Source of the DNA: Syntrophorhabdaceae bacterium
GTDB taxonomy: Bacteria > Desulfobacterota > Syntrophorhabdia > Syntrophorhabdales > Syntrophorhabdaceae
Length of the DNA stretch: 64,000 nucleotides
NCBI GenBank assembly: GCA_963665295.1
Contig: OY762209.1
Location: forward strand, 2,592,001 to 2,656,000
Direction: 5' to 3'
A program made the position numbers and the translations under genes. Under the pieces are notes generated by a model. That model was given only the letters and a program-made list of their open reading frames with translations. It was not told the DNA's origin and did not search any database. Of this stretch, positions 60,360-64,000 are shown piece by piece (position 1 is the first letter of the stretch; each line of letters begins with the position of its first letter).

Positions 60360-62774
60360 TCAATATGCCTGGTTCACAGTGCTTGCCTGTTTCATCCCTC
60401 CCTTTGTGAGGGTTACCTTGATGCCTCCCGACCTGCTTTTCTTGGTGGTATTGGCTTTTACGGTATAACCCACCGACCCACTCCCTGTACCGTGACTCTC
60501 GGAGGTGATTTTGATCCACGAAGCTCCCTGGGACTGTGCGGTCCATCGGCAGTCGCCGGGCGTGACATCCACTGTGAGCGTGCCGGTTCCGCCGTCCTTG
60601 GCAAAAGATGCGGTCGAGGGAGCGAGGGAGGTGACTGCGCATGCCGTTCCCGCCTGGGTTATGGGGAACGAGAGGGGGCCTACGGAGACCCTTCCGGTCC
60701 TTTTGGACGAGGTCGGGTTATTCAACACCCCAATCTGCACTGAACCCTTCTTCCCGTCGAATGTGTAATCGGAATAAGCGATCCAATCTGCGCTTGCTGA
60801 TATGCTCGGCGCGGGACAGTCCGTCCCCGATGCTGTGATTGTTACCGGAAGGTTTCCTTTCGTACCGGTGAATTCCGCGCTCGCAGGCGAGATGACATAG
60901 GTACAGGTATTGTTTGATTGGGCCATTGCGGAGCCCGCTGCCACGAAAGTTCCTTTACCATATGTAACCGAGGAAAACCCGACCATGGACGGAAATGATG
61001 CTTGGTGATAAGGCAACTCTCTTTTCGTCCAGCCAGCCCCGTTTGACGAGGTGAGTAGGAGCGGACGGTCCGAATCTATCCCCACTGCCACGAAGACGTT
61101 GTTGCCATAAGTGACCTGAGATATAATTGCATCGGATCTTGGCATTTTGTGAGCCGACCACGTGATTCCGTCGGGAGACGTAAAGGCATAGGGCACCGAT
61201 CTTTCTCCCACAAGTGCCACGGCAGTGTAAATGCCATTCCCGTATGCGACTGTCGCAAAGTCGATTCCTTCGATAACCGGCGATATCCGAGTCCATGTTG
61301 CTCCATCGAACGAGGTAAGAATGGCGCACCGGTCTCCCACGGCCACGAAGGCACCGTTCCCGTAAACGACGCCGGTGAGATACTTCTCTGACGACTGTGC
61401 CGTCCACGTCGCGCCGTCGCGTGACGTGATGATGACGCCGTTTCCCACCCCTACAAAGGTTCCGTTACCGTACGTGACGGCATCGAGACATGCAGTAGTA
61501 TCGACCAGACTTCTTTTTTGCCACGTTACTCCATCGGGAGAGGTCGCCGTAACGCCGTACCATCCCACCCCCACAAAAGTCCCGTTGCCGTACGTGAGAG
61601 CACGGATGCCGGAAATGCCGGGCGAAATACTTTCCCACGTCACGCCGTCCGGGGAGATCGAGGTAGCGCCCGAAGGTCCCACCCCTACAAAGGTTCCATT
61701 ACCGTACGCGACCGCTTCTATCCCCACAACGGTGTACGAGCGTTCCGTCCAAGTGAATCCGTCAGGGGAGGTATAAATGCAGTGCCGCCATGGGACGTTG
61801 AGCGCGGATCGGGGTAGTGAGCCCTCCTCCCCCACTGCGACAAAAGTATTGTTGCCGTACGCGACGGCGCAAGGATAGCTATGGAAGCCTGATACGACTG
61901 CCTCAAAGGACCAGGTAATACCGTCTGCCGAGGTAATGATCCCATGGTCATGCCATGTTCCCCATTGCGCAATGAAGAGGTCATTGCAGAAGATAATATT
62001 GGACACAGACAGAGGCAGCAGGTTGGAACCTAATGATACCGTGTTCCATGAAACTCCGTCTTTCGACGTAAATACATTGGGACCATACGCAGTCACGAAA
62101 AGGCCATTTCCGTACGCGACGGTCCCAACCATCTTTCCCGTTGACTGATTTGTCCACACAGCGCCGTCAAAGGAAGTGTAGATATCACGATCGCCGGCAG
62201 CCAGAAAGATGCCGTTTCCGTAGACAAGACACTTGATGTCCGAGAGGGCGGCCGCTCTCAGTGTCCATTTTATGCCGTCAGAGGATGTAAGGCAGGAACT
62301 TCCCATTGCTACAAACGTCTCATTGCCAAAGGCAACCGCTTTGAAGTATACACGGTTGTTTGACCACCGTTTCTTCCACTTGATACCGTCCGGGGACGTA
62401 TAGATGGCATTTCCTACTGCGACGAACACATTGCGAGCGAAAATCACTGCCCGAATATTTGCACCTTTTTCCGCAGAGCTCTGGGTCCATGTGATGCCAT
62501 CACGGGAGGTGAGGACCGTATTATACACTCCCATTGCCACGAAGGTGCCGTTCCCGTATGCGATGGTACAAAGGGCATTAGGTTGTGGCAACGGACTCCT
62601 CCATTGCCAGTCATCAAGGGGAGCCGTCGAGGTCGTACGGGCAGAAAGGGCCATCTCCGCTGAAAAGGCTACACCGTGATTTGCCACCACAGAGAGCAAG
62701 AGCAAAGCGCCTAGAACAAACCATATCTCGCGCGTTTTAACAAAGGAAAATGTCCTTACCAAACCATGGTGCAT
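60360..62774 (-). CDS. Secreted/surface beta-propeller repeat protein with C-terminal BACON/Ig-like domains
   Basis: Signal peptide; many AYGNGTFV(A/G)VG...TSPDGxTW repeats; SADWI...RTGRV and WTA...SWI...GSGSVGYTV..N...RSG. Confidence 0.85.
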   Translation of the reverse strand: MHHGLVRTFSFVKTREIWFVLGALLLLSVVANHGVAFSAEMALSARTTSTAPLDDWQWRSPLPQPNALCTIAYGNGTFVAMGVYNTVLTSRDGITWTQSSAEKGANIRAVIFARNVFVAVGNAIYTSPDGIKWKKRWSNNRVYFKAVAFGNETFVAMGSSCLTSSDGIKWTLRAAALSDIKCLVYGNGIFLAAGDRDIYTSFDGAVWTNQSTGKMVGTVAYGNGLFVTAYGPNVFTSKDGVSWNTVSLGSNLLPLSVSNIIFCNDLFIAQWGTWHDHGIITSADGITWSFEAVVSGFHSYPCAVAYGNNTFVAVGEEGSLPRSALNVPWRHCIYTSPDGFTWTERSYTVVGIEAVAYGNGTFVGVGPSGATSISPDGVTWESISPGISGIRALTYGNGTFVGVGWYGVTATSPDGVTWQKRSLVDTTACLDAVTYGNGTFVGVGNGVIITSRDGATWTAQSSEKYLTGVVYGNGAFVAVGDRCAILTSFDGATWTRISPVIEGIDFATVAYGNGIYTAVALVGERSVPYAFTSPDGITWSAHKMPRSDAIISQVTYGNNVFVAVGIDSDRPLLLTSSNGAGWTKRELPYHQASFPSMVGFSSVTYGKGTFVAAGSAMAQSNNTCTYVISPASAEFTGTKGNLPVTITASGTDCPAPSISASADWIAYSDYTFDGKKGSVQIGVLNNPTSSKRTGRVSVGPLSFPITQAGTACAVTSLAPSTASFAKDGGTGTLTVDVTPGDCRWTAQSQGASWIKITSESHGTGSGSVGYTVKANTTKKSRSGGIKVTLTKGGMKQASTVNQAY

Positions 62775-63150
62775 GGAATCCCCCTAAATGCTAGGCTCGT
62801 GTCGGTATTACTCTTACAAAAGCTGACCAAAGAAGAGCATTTTCAATAATACTATCAAAGCCAACAAGTACAAATCAAACTAATTTTGACGGCCCCATGT
62901 CTTTCTGTTGAAGGTCACTGTATGACCGGTAAGAAGACGGGCCATGACGGTGTGTGGGGGGCATCAGGCGGAGAGGGGCGTGTCAAGGGTTATTTACTTA
63001 TTTACGGTCGTCCCCCAGGTGTCCCTATTTACGGTCGTAACAGTTTAGTCCCCCCGGAACTTTTTCCAGCAAAATATTATGTCTAATTTCCACAAAACCT
63101 TTGATTTCCTTGTTCCATGATGGTATTATAATAGAAGTACTACTACTCAT

Positions 63151-63441
63151 GTGGAGGGTTCAATGGAACAAATCGATCTTCTTAAAAGGCAGCGGGAGAG
63201 ACTTAAGGAGGACATTGTCGCACAGCTGGATTTCTTCCTTATCGGGACGGTGGCCAAGTCCCCTTCCATGACGGGCCACTCCCTTACCACAAAAGTGAAG
63301 GGGAAGACCGTAACCGTGTATGTGAGAAAACAGATTGCCGAGAAGGCGAAGGAGATGACGAAGCGGTACAAGATGATGTGGCTTCTCATACAGAAGCTTT
63401 CTAAGATCAACTGGGAGATACTGAAACAGGAGAGCGAGTGA
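63151..63441 (+). CDS. Small IS-associated accessory protein
   Basis: 96-aa basic ORF whose TGA overlaps the transposase GTG (GTGA). Confidence 0.65.
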   Translation: MEGSMEQIDLLKRQRERLKEDIVAQLDFFLIGTVAKSPSMTGHSLTTKVKGKTVTVYVRKQIAEKAKEMTKRYKMMWLLIQKLSKINWEILKQESE

Positions 63442-64000
63442 AGAGGGTCTATCCTCCATACGGCTACGATTGTCTTTATAAGGACAATTGCCCCCATCTT
63501 AACTTTCTCTCCACCCTATGGGTCTTTGGAGAATATGAGCGGGCCCATGAGGTGTACGAAGAGCATCTTCGGATTATCGATGTGTTCCGGGACAGGCTGG
63601 ATGACACCATGAAGCGTATCCGTCTTTTAGAGAAGGAGAACGAGGAACTGAAGGCGAAGAATACCGCATTGCATCGAAGACAGTTCAAGGCGAACAAAAA
63701 ACCGGAGCATGCGGTCTCTTTGGCAGGGAGGAAGCGCGGCGCTCCGGTCGGACACCCCGGGTGGTTCAGGCCCGAGCCTGCCCGCGTGGATGCGACGGTT
63801 CACGTGCCCGCTCCCGATCGATGCCCCCATTGCGGGTCAGGCCCTCTTGTCCCCGGGGAAGGGATCCGTGAGCATGTGCAGGAAGACATTGTCATAAGAC
63901 CCCGCACGGTGGTGAGACGGTATGTGCATAAGGAAGCATACTGTAGCCGTTGCGGGCGTTCTGTGGTGAAGGCGGCTCCCGACGAACTTCCGAATGCTCC
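63438..64000 (+). CDS. IS66-family transposase, N-terminal part
   Basis: Hand translation: coiled coil, KRGAPVGHPGWFRPEP, CPHCG, HVQEDI, YCSRCG; open to the window end. Confidence 0.85.
   Translation, partial: MKRVYPPYGYDCLYKDNCPHLNFLSTLWVFGEYERAHEVYEEHLRIIDVFRDRLDDTMKRIRLLEKENEELKAKNTALHRRQFKANKKPEHAVSLAGRKRGAPVGHPGWFRPEPARVDATVHVPAPDRCPHCGSGPLVPGEGIREHVQEDIVIRPRTVVRRYVHKEAYCSRCGRSVVKAAPDELPNA

Larger units (their letters stand above)
63037..64000 (+). mobile_element. IS66-family element, left part (truncated by window)
   Basis: GTAA end at 63037; a small ORF coupled to a zinc-finger transposase ORF. Confidence 0.7.

Noticed and set aside
58044..62774. DGR with the beta-propeller gene as target
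   Set aside because: No avd-like gene, and by eye no TR/VR pair differing at adenines between the RT-flanking DNA and the gene; the RT looks group II-like. A remote VR cannot be excluded.
1..64000. CRISPR array, tRNA or rRNA genes
   Set aside because: No repeat-spacer periodicity or tRNA/rRNA signatures seen; the repeats found are intragenic or two-copy.

Overview
64 kb of a GC-rich anaerobic deltaproteobacterium. The gene content (benzoate-CoA ligase, 2-hydroxyacyl-CoA dehydratase pair, hcp) would fit a Syntrophorhabdus-like syntroph, which is an inference. Left to right: two multi-PAS histidine kinases; a Sec-signal Rhs polymorphic-toxin locus (7.4-18.6 kb) with an orphan tip/immunity graveyard, a 354-bp duplication and an IS630 splitting one gene; an hcp/hemerythrin cluster; an RND efflux operon; the xseB-ispA-dxs-tlyA-yicC-gmk-rpoZ housekeeping run; a diguanylate cyclase with a structured leader; GapN-like and benzoate-CoA ligase genes; an MCP with an in-frame TAG; purL; a complete IS1634; hgdAB-like genes; greA; HD-GYP; alaA; a surface beta-propeller protein; and the left end of an IS66-family element. 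The best novelty candidate is a stand-alone group II-like reverse transcriptase (58044-59699, minus). It has no recognisable intron domain V/VI, and no cas1, avd or retron motifs. Its active site is remodelled (Asn at the usual aromatic steric-gate position, PQG->GMG, YADD->FGDD), and it is preceded by about 450 nt of hairpin-rich non-coding sequence. All family calls come from motif recognition by eye; no searches were run.
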